From contig OY970320.1 in the NCBI GenBank assembly GCA_963716745.1, forward strand, positions 1,664,001 to 1,728,000: a DNA stretch of 64,000 nucleotides, given 5' to 3'. Positions 38,921 to 49,210 of the stretch are shown one piece after another. Origin of the DNA: an uncultured Gemmatimonadaceae bacterium (GTDB taxonomy: Bacteria; Gemmatimonadota; Gemmatimonadetes; Gemmatimonadales; Gemmatimonadaceae). Position 1 is the stretch's first letter. Each line of letters opens with the position of its first letter. The notes under the pieces were generated by a model. That model was not told where the DNA came from. It ran no database searches and was given only the letters and a program-made list of their open reading frames with translations. The position numbers and the translations under genes were made by a program.

Positions 38921-40860
38921 GTCTTGCGCGACCCTCGCCGCGCGGAAGCGTTCGCGGCCAGCCGTGCCTCATCCACGCCGACGAGCGCGGCGTCCACGTC
39001 GTCGGCCAGGGCACGCGCGCGCATCGTGAGCTGCGTGATCTGCGGCGCCACCTCGGCCACGCCGCCGGCGCGCAGGCGCAGGATGTCGAGGCGCATGTTC
39101 TGCAGCTGAAGGCGGCAGCTCTCGAGCTTCGCCACCGCCTCGTCGCGCTTCTTCGTCGCGTCCGCGAGCGCGCGGCGTTGGCGCTTGAGGATCGCGAGCT
39201 TCCGAACGCGCTCCTCGCTGCCCGCCGTGTCGAGCGGATTCGCCTCGCTCTCGAGCTTGGTGATCTGGCGCTCGAGGTCCGCGGACGCGCCCGGCGTCAC
39301 CGCGCGCTCGTTCTCGATCGCCGATCCGGCGAGCGACTGGATGCGCTTGAACAGTCCGTCCGCGGCGGGGATCACGCCGTCCACCAGATTCCGGTCGGAC
39401 GCGGGCAGCGACAGCATCAAGCGCGTGATCTCTTCGCGGTCCTGCGCCGCCTGTCGCACGACGCCGTCGAACCGCCCGTAGGATCCGGCGGCGATGGCGA
39501 ACGCGTTGCCCACCGGCACGAGCGCGCGCTGCTGGCTCAACTCGCGGTTGCGCGCCTTCAACTTCTCGCGCTTGTCGCGGTCGAACACCGACCCGACCTC
39601 CTCCGCCGTCTCCTGCGCGAGATCGATCAGGCTGCGGTCGCTCGTCTGCTTGAACACCGCTCGCCAGTCGTAGCCCGCGGTCCAGAGCCTCGAATAGCGC
39701 ACCGCCATGACCACGGTCCAGAAGATCGGCACGACCATGAGGTCGTGGCTGCTGAAGATGGAGACCACGACCAGCACACCATTGACGAACGCGTACGTCG
39801 CGAACTGGCCGCGGAACTTCACCACTTCGGGCTTGGACCAGCTGGCCACCTCGTCGGCGGTGGGCGTGGTGTACTGTCCCGCGCCGGGTGGCGGGCGCAC
39901 GCCGTACGGCACCGCGGTGCCGATCGGCGAACGATACGACATCGGCAGCGACCCGGTCTCGTGCGGCGGCGCGGGCGCGGGCATCGCGCTCGCATCGCCG
40001 CGCAACGCCTGCGAGAGCACGGTCGCGTTCGCGAAGCAATGCTCCGGCTCCTTCTCGAGCAGCGTCATGACGGCGCGCGCGAGATCGGGCGGCGTCTCCT
40101 CACGCCACGCTTCCACCGGCTGCGGACGTTCGCTGATGTGCTTCATCAACATCGACGGCGTGCTCGATGCCTGGAACGGCAGGCGCCCCGCGAGCATCTG
40201 ATAGCCCACCACGCCCAGCGCGTACAGGTCGCTCCGCCCGTCGATCTCGCGATCGCCCGCCGCCTGCTCGGGACTCATGTACGCGGGCGTGCCGATCGCG
40301 ACGCCGGTGGCGGTGAGGCGCGAGTCGGCGCCTTCCTGGATCGCGCGCGCGATGCCGAAGTCGGTGACCATCGCGCGGCCGTCATCCTTGTCGAGGAGGA
40401 TGTTGTCCGGCTTAATGTCGCGGTGCACCACGCCGCGCGAATGCGCGTACGCCAGCGCGTCGCTCACCTCGGTGAGGATCTTCCGCGTGTCGTCCACCGG
40501 AATGCGCCCCTCGTCGTGCAGGCGCTTCGCGAGGGTCGGCCCCTCCACGCACGCCATCACGAAGAACACCAGCCCCTCGCGCTCGTCAACGCTGTAAATG
40601 GGCACGATGTTCGGGTGCGACAGTTGCGCCGCCGTCTCGGCTTCGCGCAGGAAGCGCTGCCGGATCTCTCCACGGAACGCGAGCTCCGGCGGCAGCACCT
40701 TGATGGCCACCACGCGCTTGAGCCGGCGGTCCTTGGCGCGGAACACGATGCCCATGCCGCCGCGCCCGATCTCCTGATCCAGATCGTAGTTCGCGGAGAG
40801 CGCGCGCTCTACGAGCGCCCGCATCTCTGCGTCCGACGAAAGCGCGATGGGATCGGGCAA
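38917..40860 (-). CDS. Hanks-type Ser/Thr kinase with 2TM and C-terminal helical domain (copy 1)
   Basis: Same catalytic motifs as copy 2; TM hairpin FATYAFVNGVLVVVSIF. Confidence 0.92.
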   Translation of the reverse strand: MPDPIALSSDAEMRALVERALSANYDLDQEIGRGGMGIVFRAKDRRLKRVVAIKVLPPELAFRGEIRQRFLREAETAAQLSHPNIVPIYSVDEREGLVFFVMACVEGPTLAKRLHDEGRIPVDDTRKILTEVSDALAYAHSRGVVHRDIKPDNILLDKDDGRAMVTDFGIARAIQEGADSRLTATGVAIGTPAYMSPEQAAGDREIDGRSDLYALGVVGYQMLAGRLPFQASSTPSMLMKHISERPQPVEAWREETPPDLARAVMTLLEKEPEHCFANATVLSQALRGDASAMPAPAPPHETGSLPMSYRSPIGTAVPYGVRPPPGAGQYTTPTADEVASWSKPEVVKFRGQFATYAFVNGVLVVVSIFSSHDLMVVPIFWTVVMAVRYSRLWTAGYDWRAVFKQTSDRSLIDLAQETAEEVGSVFDRDKREKLKARNRELSQQRALVPVGNAFAIAAGSYGRFDGVVRQAAQDREEITRLMLSLPASDRNLVDGVIPAADGLFKRIQSLAGSAIENERAVTPGASADLERQITKLESEANPLDTAGSEERVRKLAILKRQRRALADATKKRDEAVAKLESCRLQLQNMRLDILRLRAGGVAEVAPQITQLTMRARALADDVDAALVGVDEARLAANASARRGSRKT

Positions 40861-41100
40861 TGGGGGGTCCGGCTCAGGTTCAGGTACGGAAGATGCTTAG
40901 TGTACCACTCAGGGGCCGATCTGAAAAGGCGATCCGGCCGTCGCGGCAGTGGCACTACGTCAGAGCGGCGGTCGGAAGTTGCAATATCTGCCCCGGTGGC
41001 GTAACTCAACCTCACGGCCGGAACGCGGAACTGTCGGCGCTGTCGGCGGTTTGAAATAGTAGGAGTCGCGGCCCGGCCGGTCATCAATCCAGGTGTCATC

Positions 41101-43674
41101 ATGGCATCACGTCAGACGCTTCCGGTGCTCCCGCTCAGGGGGACGGTGATCTTCCCCGGACTCAGCGCGCCGATCGCCGCTGGGCGACCGGGAACATTAC
41201 GCGCAGTGGACGCGGCAATGAAGGGCGACCGGTTGGTATTCGCCGTCGCCCAGCGGGACAACGCCGACGAGCCGACGCAGGAGAATCTGTACTCGATGGG
41301 CGTGATCGCGCGCATCGGGCAGGCGCAGCGCGGCTTCGGCGGCGTGCAGCTCCTCCTGCAGGGCGAACTGCGCGCCACAGCCATCCAGTTCACGCAGACG
41401 GACAACTATCTCTCCGCGGTGGTGCTGCCGGTGGACGAGATGGCGCCGCTCGACACGCACGACGCCGCGTTCGAAGCGCTCCACAAGGAGACGCGCGAAC
41501 GCGCCGCCGAGCTCGCCGAGAAGCGCGGCCTCACGGAAGAGGTCGTGCTGCAAGTGCTCGAGAGCGTCACCGAGCCGGGCAAGCTCGCCGACCTCGTGGC
41601 CGGCCATCTCGAAGTGCCGGTCGCGGAGAAGCAGGGGCTCCTCGAAACGCTGAGCGTGGAGGAACGGCTGCGCCGCGTGCTCGTGCACGTGCAGCGCCAG
41701 ATCGGATTGCTCGAAGCGCAGGAGGAGATCAAGTCGCAGGTACAGGAAGAACTTGGCGAGCGCCAGCGCGAGATGTTCCTGCGCGAGCAGATGAAGGCGA
41801 TCCAGAAGGAACTCGGCGACGACGACCAGGCGCGCGAGATCGAAGAATTGCGCGGCAAGCTGAACAAGCTCGAGCTGCCCAAGCAGGCGCGGCAGGAAGT
41901 GGAGCGCGAGCTAGGGCGGCTGGAACGCGCGGGCCGCGAATCCATGGAAGCGCAGGTGATCCGCACATACCTCGAGTGGATCGCGGAGCTGCCGTGGAAC
42001 ACGCGCTCGGACGATGACCTCGAACTCAAGCACGCGGCGCAAGTACTCGACGAGGACCACTACGGTCTCCCGGATGTGAAGGACCGTATCCTGGAATTCC
42101 TCGCCGTGCGCCAGCTGAAAGCGCAGGAGCTCGAGGCGGAGATGGCGAAGACGGGCGAGTTCCCGGCGTCGCGTCTGCGCGCGAGCAAAGAGGTGGCGAC
42201 GCCGTCGCTCGCGGTGAGCGATGAGAGCGCCGACCGGCAGATCACCGACAAGAAGGAGGCGAAGGCTCGCGCGATGGCGAAGGGGCCGATCCTTCTGTTC
42301 GTCGGGCCGCCGGGCGTGGGCAAGACGAGCATCGCGAAGTCGATCGCGCGCGCGCTCGGCCGCGAGTACGTGCGCGCGTCGTTGGGCGGCGCGCGTGACG
42401 AGGCCGACATCCGCGGCCATCGCCGCACCTATGTGGGCGCGATGCCGGGACGGATCGTACAGGGGATGAAGCAGGCGGGCACCAAGAATCCCGTCTTCCT
42501 GCTGGACGAGGTGGACAAGCTCGGCGTGAGCTTCCAGGGCGATCCGGCGAGCGCGCTGCTCGAGGTGCTCGACCCCGCGCAGAACGACACGTTCACCGAT
42601 CACTACCTGAACGTGCCGTTCGATCTGAGCGAAGTGCTCTTCATCGCGACGGCGAATTTCATCCAGAACATCCCCGCGCCGCTGCTCGACCGCATGGAGG
42701 TCGTGGAGTTCTCGGGCTACACCGAGCGCGAGAAGGCGGAGATCGCGAAGAAGTATCTCATCCCGCGCCAGCTCGATGAGAGCGGGCTCAAGGAGAAGGG
42801 CGTCTCGTTCACCGACGATGCCGTGATGGCGCTCGTGAGCCAGTACACGCGCGAGAGCGGCGTGCGGCAGCTCGAGCGGCAGGTGGGTGCGGTGGCGCGC
42901 AAAGTGGCGCGCAAGCTCGCGGCCGGCGAGAAGACGGAGATGAAGATCACGCCCGACGACATCCGCGACCTGCTCGGGCGTCCCAAGGTGCATCCCGAGC
43001 ACGCCAACGAGGAGAACGAAGTGGGCGTCGCCACCGGCATGTACTACACGCCCGCGGGCGGCGACATCATGTTCGTCGAGGCGGCGATCCGCCGTCTGTA
43101 CGGACCGGCGCCCGCCGACAGCGACACGCCGCTCACGGGCTGGGGGAATGTGTCGCTCATCCTCACGGGCCAGCTCGGCGACGTGATGAAGGAATCGGCG
43201 CGCGCGGCGCTCACGTACGCGGCCACGCACGCCGAGGCGCTCGACATTCCCGACGACAAGCTCGGATCGATCGAGGTGCACGTGCACGTGCCCGCGGGCG
43301 CGATCCCGAAGGACGGGCCGAGCGCGGGCGTCACGATGAGCACGGCGCTGGTGAGCGCGATGAGTGGCCGTCCAGTGCGAAAGGATGTCGCGATGACAGG
43401 TGAGATCACGCTGCGCGGCCGCGTGTTGCCGATCGGCGGACTCAAGGAGAAGGTTCTGGGTGCGCATCGCGCGGGGATCACGACCATCGTGCTTCCCAGG
43501 GAGAACGAGGCGGACCTCGAGGACATTCCGGAGGAAGTGCGGCAGAAGCTGAGCTTCCATCCGGTGAGCACGCTAGACGAAGTGCTCGCGGTGGCGCTGG
43601 TCGCGGGCGAGCCGCGGCGCACGAAACCGCGTCGTGGCGCGAGCGACAAGCCGATGGCGCAGGTAGTGGTCTAA
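41101..43674 (+). CDS. lon: ATP-dependent protease La
   Basis: LPVLPLRG, GPPGVGKT, LLDEVDK, PKDGPSAG, GGLKEK. Confidence 0.97.
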   Translation: MASRQTLPVLPLRGTVIFPGLSAPIAAGRPGTLRAVDAAMKGDRLVFAVAQRDNADEPTQENLYSMGVIARIGQAQRGFGGVQLLLQGELRATAIQFTQTDNYLSAVVLPVDEMAPLDTHDAAFEALHKETRERAAELAEKRGLTEEVVLQVLESVTEPGKLADLVAGHLEVPVAEKQGLLETLSVEERLRRVLVHVQRQIGLLEAQEEIKSQVQEELGERQREMFLREQMKAIQKELGDDDQAREIEELRGKLNKLELPKQARQEVERELGRLERAGRESMEAQVIRTYLEWIAELPWNTRSDDDLELKHAAQVLDEDHYGLPDVKDRILEFLAVRQLKAQELEAEMAKTGEFPASRLRASKEVATPSLAVSDESADRQITDKKEAKARAMAKGPILLFVGPPGVGKTSIAKSIARALGREYVRASLGGARDEADIRGHRRTYVGAMPGRIVQGMKQAGTKNPVFLLDEVDKLGVSFQGDPASALLEVLDPAQNDTFTDHYLNVPFDLSEVLFIATANFIQNIPAPLLDRMEVVEFSGYTEREKAEIAKKYLIPRQLDESGLKEKGVSFTDDAVMALVSQYTRESGVRQLERQVGAVARKVARKLAAGEKTEMKITPDDIRDLLGRPKVHPEHANEENEVGVATGMYYTPAGGDIMFVEAAIRRLYGPAPADSDTPLTGWGNVSLILTGQLGDVMKESARAALTYAATHAEALDIPDDKLGSIEVHVHVPAGAIPKDGPSAGVTMSTALVSAMSGRPVRKDVAMTGEITLRGRVLPIGGLKEKVLGAHRAGITTIVLPRENEADLEDIPEEVRQKLSFHPVSTLDEVLAVALVAGEPRRTKPRRGASDKPMAQVVV

Positions 43675-43718
43675 CTACGGAGAGCGGCTGTCGGCTGTGG
43701 GCTGTCGCCTGCAACTGC
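43673..43718. repeat. (GGCTGTC)n element, half copy C
   Basis: GGCTGTCGGCTGTGGGCTGTCGCCTGCAAC; AACTAC overlaps the lon stop. Confidence 0.8.
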
Positions 43719-43723
43719 GAACG

Positions 43724-43762
43724 AAAACGGCCTGGATCTCGATGTGAGGTCCGGGCCGTTCT
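43724..43762. terminator. Bidirectional terminator-like hairpin
   Basis: AACGGCCTGGATCTC pairs with GAGGTCCGGGCCGTT between convergent genes. Confidence 0.7.
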
Positions 43763-43774
43763 GCGTGCGCGGGC

Positions 43775-44635
43775 CTAGCGGTGCGGAGGCGTCGCCGAGT
43801 GTGTGTTCGTACCCTGCCCCGAGTCGGCCTCGGCGCTCATCGAGTTGAAGAATACCGGTTCCTCGACGAGCGTCGCCGCCGCGGCGCTCACGACCGCCGG
43901 ATTATCCGGCGATGTGGCGTCCAGGTGGCTGCCGGCATGGCCGTTCGCGTCGGTCACCGCCGCCGCCGGATCGACCACGCCGGCTCCGTGCTCGACCCGG
44001 AAGCTCACGAGGACTCCCGGCACTCCCAGTCCGGATGCGTCGGTGAGGATCACATCGAGCGAATCCTTCGGGACCGCGCCCGGCGCGCCGCTCCGCGGAT
44101 TGGCGGGCGATAGCAATTGGAAGTCACCGCCGCTCTGGATGGCGATGCGGAAGCGGCCGCGGTCTTCGGCCTTGATCGTGAGCGTCATGAGCATGTCCCG
44201 GTGATACCAGCCGCCGTTCGGCAGCTGGATGTCGCACTCGAGGCGGGCGACCACCGATGCCACATCGGCGCTGGCCACGATCTGGGCGACTTCGATCCGG
44301 GCCGCATGCATCCGTGGGAGCATGCGCTCGTATGCATCGCGCACCGATCCGCGGCCCTGCACGAGCCGGCCGCTCGACAGGGCGATGATGGCGTCAGTCG
44401 TGTAGAGGCCGGCGAGCGCGTTGGCATCACGCGCCTTCGTCGCGCGTTCCCATGCCTTCAGGACGGTGTCGACCGACGCCGACATGTACGCCATGTACTC
44501 GGCTTGGCCGCGGATCGCGTTGGGGTCCGCTCGCCCCGTGGCGAGCGAGCCCTGGGCGCTCATTTGGGCGACGGCGGCGAACAGGACGAGCGTGGACGTG
44601 AGGACCCTAAGTGCTGAGCGCGTGGCGATCATCAT
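43775..44635 (-). CDS. Secreted SnoaL/NTF2-like domain + Big_1-like Ig domain protein
   Basis: Signal peptide; RDANALAGLYTTDA..GRGSVR; DASGLGVPGVLVSF..TDANGHA. Confidence 0.7.
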   Translation of the reverse strand: MMIATRSALRVLTSTLVLFAAVAQMSAQGSLATGRADPNAIRGQAEYMAYMSASVDTVLKAWERATKARDANALAGLYTTDAIIALSSGRLVQGRGSVRDAYERMLPRMHAARIEVAQIVASADVASVVARLECDIQLPNGGWYHRDMLMTLTIKAEDRGRFRIAIQSGGDFQLLSPANPRSGAPGAVPKDSLDVILTDASGLGVPGVLVSFRVEHGAGVVDPAAAVTDANGHAGSHLDATSPDNPAVVSAAAATLVEEPVFFNSMSAEADSGQGTNTHSATPPHR

Positions 44636-44820
44636 GCGATTCCTATGAAATGACGGGTCGCCCCGTGCGTGTTGGTCTGCATCGTGCGGCGCCGAAAGAT
44701 ACGCTGGGCGCAATGTGTTTCGAAGCGCTCCGCTTTCTCGCCGGCACGACGATCACCAATGACGACAGTACGCGCTTCTCCTCCGGATCGATGCGGCGCG
44801 CTCGCTCGCGAGGGCGACAG

Positions 44821-46866
44821 CTATGGCGCGGGGGGCGCGGCCGTCGAGTCGCGCCGGGCGCTGTCGGGCGGAATGGAATCGAGCGGCGGTCGCAGCGTGT
44901 CGCTGGCCGGCGGTGCCGGCGGCGTGATGATCATGTAGTCGACGTACGCGCGGTCGGGCGGCGTGGCGCTGTCGGCCGGCGCACCGGTGGCGCGGTCCAC
45001 GAGCACGGGGATCACGCCCGCGGGCGGCACGTCCCACGCGGAATCGTTGCTCGTGCGCCCGTGATAATACTTGCCGATCATCTGCCCCCATACCGGCGCG
45101 GCCAGGGTGCCGCCGGCGGCGCCGGGCGCGATCGGAGCGGGCGTGTCGAATCCCAGCCAGACACCCGCGACGATCTCCGGCGTCATGCCGATGAACCAAA
45201 CGTCACTGTTGTCATTCGTGGTGCCGGTCTTTCCCGCGACCGGGATCCCGGCGGGCACGAACTCGCGCACCACCGTCGCAGTACCGCGCGCTACGACGTC
45301 CCGCATCATGTCGCGCATCACGAACGCCACGCGCGGATCGAGCGCGGCGCTGTCGAGCGGCGCGGCGGCGCGTTCGAGCAGTGTGTCGCCGCGCGCATCC
45401 TGCACGAACAGGATGAGACGCGGCGTCGCGAGCGGGCCGCCGTTCGCGATCGCCGTGTACGCGGTGACGAGTTCGATTGGATGCACCGCGCTCGCGCCGA
45501 TCGCGCTCGACGGATAGAGCGCGATGGGCGTGGCGATCCCGAGGCGCGCGGCGAGCGCGGCCACGGAATCCATCCCGATCTGCTGGCCGAGTTGTACCGC
45601 CACCGTGTTCCGCGAGCGGGTGAGCGCTTCGCGCAGCGTGATCGCGCCAAGGAATTTCCCGTCGGAGTTGTCGGGGCGGTATGGCGGCCCGTGCGGCATC
45701 GCGATCGAGATCGCGCTGTCGTTCACGAGCGTGTTCGGCTGCAGGCCGGACGCCAGCGCGGCGGAATAGACGACCGGCTTGAACGATGATCCCGGTTGCC
45801 GGAGGGCGAACACCGCGCGATCGAAGGGGGAATCGCCGTAATCGCGTCCGCCGACCACCGCGAGCAGATCACCGGTGGCGGGCGCGAGCGCGACGATCAT
45901 TCCCTGCAAGTAGTCCGCGTGTCCGGGTGCGTGTTTCGCGAGGGTAGGATGCTTCCACTTCTCGCGCGACTCGATGCGCTTGGTACCATCGGCGAGCGCG
46001 GCGTTCGCGTCCTGCTGGAGCGCCGCGTCGATCGTGGTGGTGATGCGCAGCGAGATCGCGCCGCCGTACGCGATCGCCGCGCGGTCGAGTTCGCGGCGTA
46101 CGAGATCCACGACGTACGGCGCGGCGGCGGGCATCCCGCGGTCAGGCGTGACCACCACCGGCAGCTGCTGCGCCGCTTTCGCCTGCGCCGGCGTGATGTA
46201 GCCCTGCTGCGCCATGAGCGCGAGAACGATGTTGCGGCGCGAACGCGAAGAATCGGCGTGGCGGATCGGATCATAGATCGCGGGGCCCTTGGGCAGCGCC
46301 GCGAGCGTCGCGGCCTCGACGAGCGTGAGCTGCGCCGCCGGATGGCCGAAGTAGTGGCGCGACGCCGCATCAACGCCGTACCAGCCGTGGCCGAAGTGGA
46401 TGAGGTTGAGATACGCCTCGAGGATCTGCGCTTTGCTGTAGTGCGTCTCCATCGCGCGCGCCGCGTCCTGCTCGCGGAGTTTGCGCGCGATGCTCTTGTC
46501 ACGGCGGTCCACGAGGTCGGGATGCATGTTCCCGACGAGCTGCTGCGTGATCGTGCTGGCGCCGCGCGGGTGGCCGGCGACGGCATCCTTGATCGCGCCC
46601 GCGATGCCCACCATGTCCACGCCGTCGTGGATATAGAAGCGCTGGTCCTCGATCGCAATGAAGGCTTGGCCGACATACAGCGGCAGCGCCGACAACGGGA
46701 CGCTGGTGCGCCAATCGGCGCCGATCTCGCCCAGGAGCGAGCCATCGCGCGCATAGACGAGCGAGGATTGAGGCTCCGGAATGATGGACCACGCTTCGCC
46801 GGTGGACTGCGCACTCGCCAGCGAGGCGATCGTGATCAGAGCGAGAGAGCAAGTGAGTCGCCGCAT
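44821..46866 (-). CDS. Class A penicillin-binding protein (PBP1A family)
   Basis: EDQRFYIHDG, GASTITQQL, SSFK, SRN, KTGT. Confidence 0.93.
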   Translation of the reverse strand: MRRLTCSLALITIASLASAQSTGEAWSIIPEPQSSLVYARDGSLLGEIGADWRTSVPLSALPLYVGQAFIAIEDQRFYIHDGVDMVGIAGAIKDAVAGHPRGASTITQQLVGNMHPDLVDRRDKSIARKLREQDAARAMETHYSKAQILEAYLNLIHFGHGWYGVDAASRHYFGHPAAQLTLVEAATLAALPKGPAIYDPIRHADSSRSRRNIVLALMAQQGYITPAQAKAAQQLPVVVTPDRGMPAAAPYVVDLVRRELDRAAIAYGGAISLRITTTIDAALQQDANAALADGTKRIESREKWKHPTLAKHAPGHADYLQGMIVALAPATGDLLAVVGGRDYGDSPFDRAVFALRQPGSSFKPVVYSAALASGLQPNTLVNDSAISIAMPHGPPYRPDNSDGKFLGAITLREALTRSRNTVAVQLGQQIGMDSVAALAARLGIATPIALYPSSAIGASAVHPIELVTAYTAIANGGPLATPRLILFVQDARGDTLLERAAAPLDSAALDPRVAFVMRDMMRDVVARGTATVVREFVPAGIPVAGKTGTTNDNSDVWFIGMTPEIVAGVWLGFDTPAPIAPGAAGGTLAAPVWGQMIGKYYHGRTSNDSAWDVPPAGVIPVLVDRATGAPADSATPPDRAYVDYMIITPPAPPASDTLRPPLDSIPPDSARRDSTAAPPAP

Positions 46867-46886
46867 GCCGGATTCCAAGATAGAGC

Positions 46887-47128
46887 AAACGGGCGTGCGT
46901 GGAACCCCGACCCCGAACTCCGTGAGTGCCGAGTCGTGCGTCCAACTGATCGAACTGCGTACTTGGTAACCCGAACCCCGTGAGTCGCGACCCGAACGCC
47001 GTGCGTGCACTCACGACTCACGGCGTTCGGGTTTCCAATGACGCATCACAGTCAGTTCGACGCACGACTCGGCACGCACGGAGTTCGGGGCACGAGTCAC
47101 GTGGTCAGGGGTTCGACGCACGCCGTTT
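46887..47128. repeat. About 240-bp imperfect palindrome with repeated CCCGAACnCCGTG(A/C)GT units
   Basis: Direct units at ~46914, ~46970, ~46991 and inverted units at ~47016, ~47073; the outer ends pair. Confidence 0.8.
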
Positions 47129-47163
47129 TTGCCCTCATGAGCGAAAGCGTGCATCTTGTATTC

Positions 47164-48999
47164 ATGGCGCCCGTCCTGAATTTCGCGACTCTCCAATTCT
47201 CCCCGAGAAAGGGCGAGTACCCCGCCAACCTCGAGCGCCTCGGCGCGATCTTCGCGCAACTCGACGCGGCGGATCCGCGCGTCGATGTCCTTCACCTCCC
47301 CGAGACGGCGCTCACCGGTTATTTCCTCGAGGGCGGCGTGCGCGAGATGGCGCTCACCGCCGGCGCGCTCGCGTCCGACCTGCAGCGCACCTATCGCGCC
47401 GCCGTGAAAGGCGCGCGTACGCTCGAGGTGATCCTCGGATTCTACGAGATCTGGCGCAACACGATCTACAACAGCGCGATGGCCGTTCGCCTCGGCGGCG
47501 ACGCGCCCCTGGTGCGTCACGTGCATCGCAAGAACTTCCTCCCGACGTACGGCTTGTTCGACGAGGAGCGGTTCGTCGAACGCGGGCAGGAGATCCGCGC
47601 ATTCGATCTGCCATGGGGCCGCGCTGCGATGCTCGTGTGCGAGGATGCATGGCACAGCGTGACTGGCACCCTGGCGGCGCTCGATGCGGCGCAGATGATC
47701 TTCATTTGCGCGGCGGCGCCGGCGCGCGGCACGACGCCGCGCGACGACGCGGTCCCCGGACCGACGAGCGTGGCGCGTTGGGAGCGCCTGGCACGCGACA
47801 TCGCCGAAGAGCATGGCGTGTTCGTGTCGCTCGCGAACCTGGTGGGCGACGAGGGTGGCAAGGCATTCCCCGGCGGCGCGATCATCTGCGGGCCGGCCGG
47901 CGATGTGCGGATCCGCGGACCGCTCTGGGAAGAGGCGCTGGTGAGCGCGCCCATGGATCTCGCCGACCTCACGCGCGCGCGCGCGGACATGCCGCTGCTC
48001 GCGGACCTGCGCGTCGCGCTGCCGCACCTGCTCTCCTCGCTCGAGCGGATCCAGCGCGGCACCGGCGCACCGCTGGCGTTCGACGGCGCGCCGGACGCCG
48101 ATCGCCGCGGCGCCGGCGAAGAAGGGGTCCGCGTGCGAAGGAGGCCGCGATGCCAGGTGCGCCGCGCGAGCGACGACGCGGGCGGACCGCCGCCGCTCGA
48201 GATCGATGCGCCGCTCGTGGAGCGTTGGCTGGTGCAGTTCCTCCGCGACGAGGCGGCGCAGCGCGGATTCACGAAGGGGATCGTCGCGCTCTCGGGCGGC
48301 GTGGATTCGGCCGTCACCGCCGCGCTCGCTGTGCGGGCGCTGGGCAAGAAGAACGTGCTCGCGCTCCGGCTCCCCTATGAGAAATCGAGCAAGGAGAGCC
48401 TGACGCACGCGCAGGAAGTGATCGACGCGCTCGGCATCGAGGCACGCACGATCGACATCTCGGCCGCCGTGAACGGTTATCTGTCGAACGAGCCGAAGGC
48501 CGACGCGACGCGCCGCGGCAATGTGATGGCGCGCGTGCGGATGCTGGCACTGTTCGACCAGAGCGCCGCGCACCACGCGATCCCGTTCGGAACCGGCAAC
48601 AAGACCGAGCGCCTGCTCGGCTATTTCACCTGGCACGCCGACGATTCACCGCCGCTGAATCCGCTCGGCGATCTCTTCAAGACGCAGGTGTGGGCGCTGG
48701 CGAAGCATCTGGGAGTGCCCAAGGCGATCGTTGGCAAGGCGCCGACCGCGGATCTCGTCGCGGGGCAGACGGATGAGGGCGATCTTGGGATCAGCTACGA
48801 CCGGGCCGACCGCGTATTGCATTGGCTATTGTACGGATATTCTCCCGACGAATTGATCGCGCGCGGGTTCGAGAAGAAAGATGTTCGCCTCGTGCACGAA
48901 CGGCTCGAGCGGACGCATTGGAAGCGGCGGTTGCCGACGGTGGCGATTCTATCTGGGACGGCGATCGGGGAATCGTATCTTCGGCCGGTGGACTACTGA
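47164..48999 (+). CDS. nadE: Glutamine-dependent NAD+ synthetase (nitrilase + synthase domains)
   Basis: LPE, RKNFLPTY..FDEERF, VCED, SGGVDS, GNVMARVRM, TGNKTE, PTADL. Start could be slightly upstream. Confidence 0.93.
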   Translation: MAPVLNFATLQFSPRKGEYPANLERLGAIFAQLDAADPRVDVLHLPETALTGYFLEGGVREMALTAGALASDLQRTYRAAVKGARTLEVILGFYEIWRNTIYNSAMAVRLGGDAPLVRHVHRKNFLPTYGLFDEERFVERGQEIRAFDLPWGRAAMLVCEDAWHSVTGTLAALDAAQMIFICAAAPARGTTPRDDAVPGPTSVARWERLARDIAEEHGVFVSLANLVGDEGGKAFPGGAIICGPAGDVRIRGPLWEEALVSAPMDLADLTRARADMPLLADLRVALPHLLSSLERIQRGTGAPLAFDGAPDADRRGAGEEGVRVRRRPRCQVRRASDDAGGPPPLEIDAPLVERWLVQFLRDEAAQRGFTKGIVALSGGVDSAVTAALAVRALGKKNVLALRLPYEKSSKESLTHAQEVIDALGIEARTIDISAAVNGYLSNEPKADATRRGNVMARVRMLALFDQSAAHHAIPFGTGNKTERLLGYFTWHADDSPPLNPLGDLFKTQVWALAKHLGVPKAIVGKAPTADLVAGQTDEGDLGISYDRADRVLHWLLYGYSPDELIARGFEKKDVRLVHERLERTHWKRRLPTVAILSGTAIGESYLRPVDY

Positions 49000-49210
49000 A
49001 CGGCGGATAACAGTAAACAGTCACGAGTGACTGCCAGTCTACAGTTCACAGTCTACAGTTCACAGAAATCAGATCACGAAAAAGCGGGCCGCTCGATTCC
49101 GATTCAGGATCGAGAGGCCCGCTCTCACATCGAAATGTTTTCTGTGACCTGTGAGCTGGTGACTGTCGACTGGCAGTCACTCGGGACTGTTCACTGTTGA
49201 CCGCCGTTCA
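48997..49210. repeat. (ACAGTCT/ACAGTTC)n palindromic element enclosing a terminator hairpin
   Basis: TGAACGGCGG..ACAG arms pair with CTGT..CCGCCGTTCA and include both stops. 49010-49039 is identical to 60271-60300. Inner hairpin at ~49083-49125. Confidence 0.88.

Noticed and set aside
40861..41100. Heat-shock regulatory sites upstream of lon (TTGAAA; HAIR-like CTTAG..ACTCAG)
   Set aside because: Spacing and second half-sites do not fit the sigma32, HAIR or CIRCE consensus well enough.
46887..47128. Possible mini CRISPR array
   Set aside because: Units are short, degenerate, irregularly spaced and in both orientations; no cas genes.
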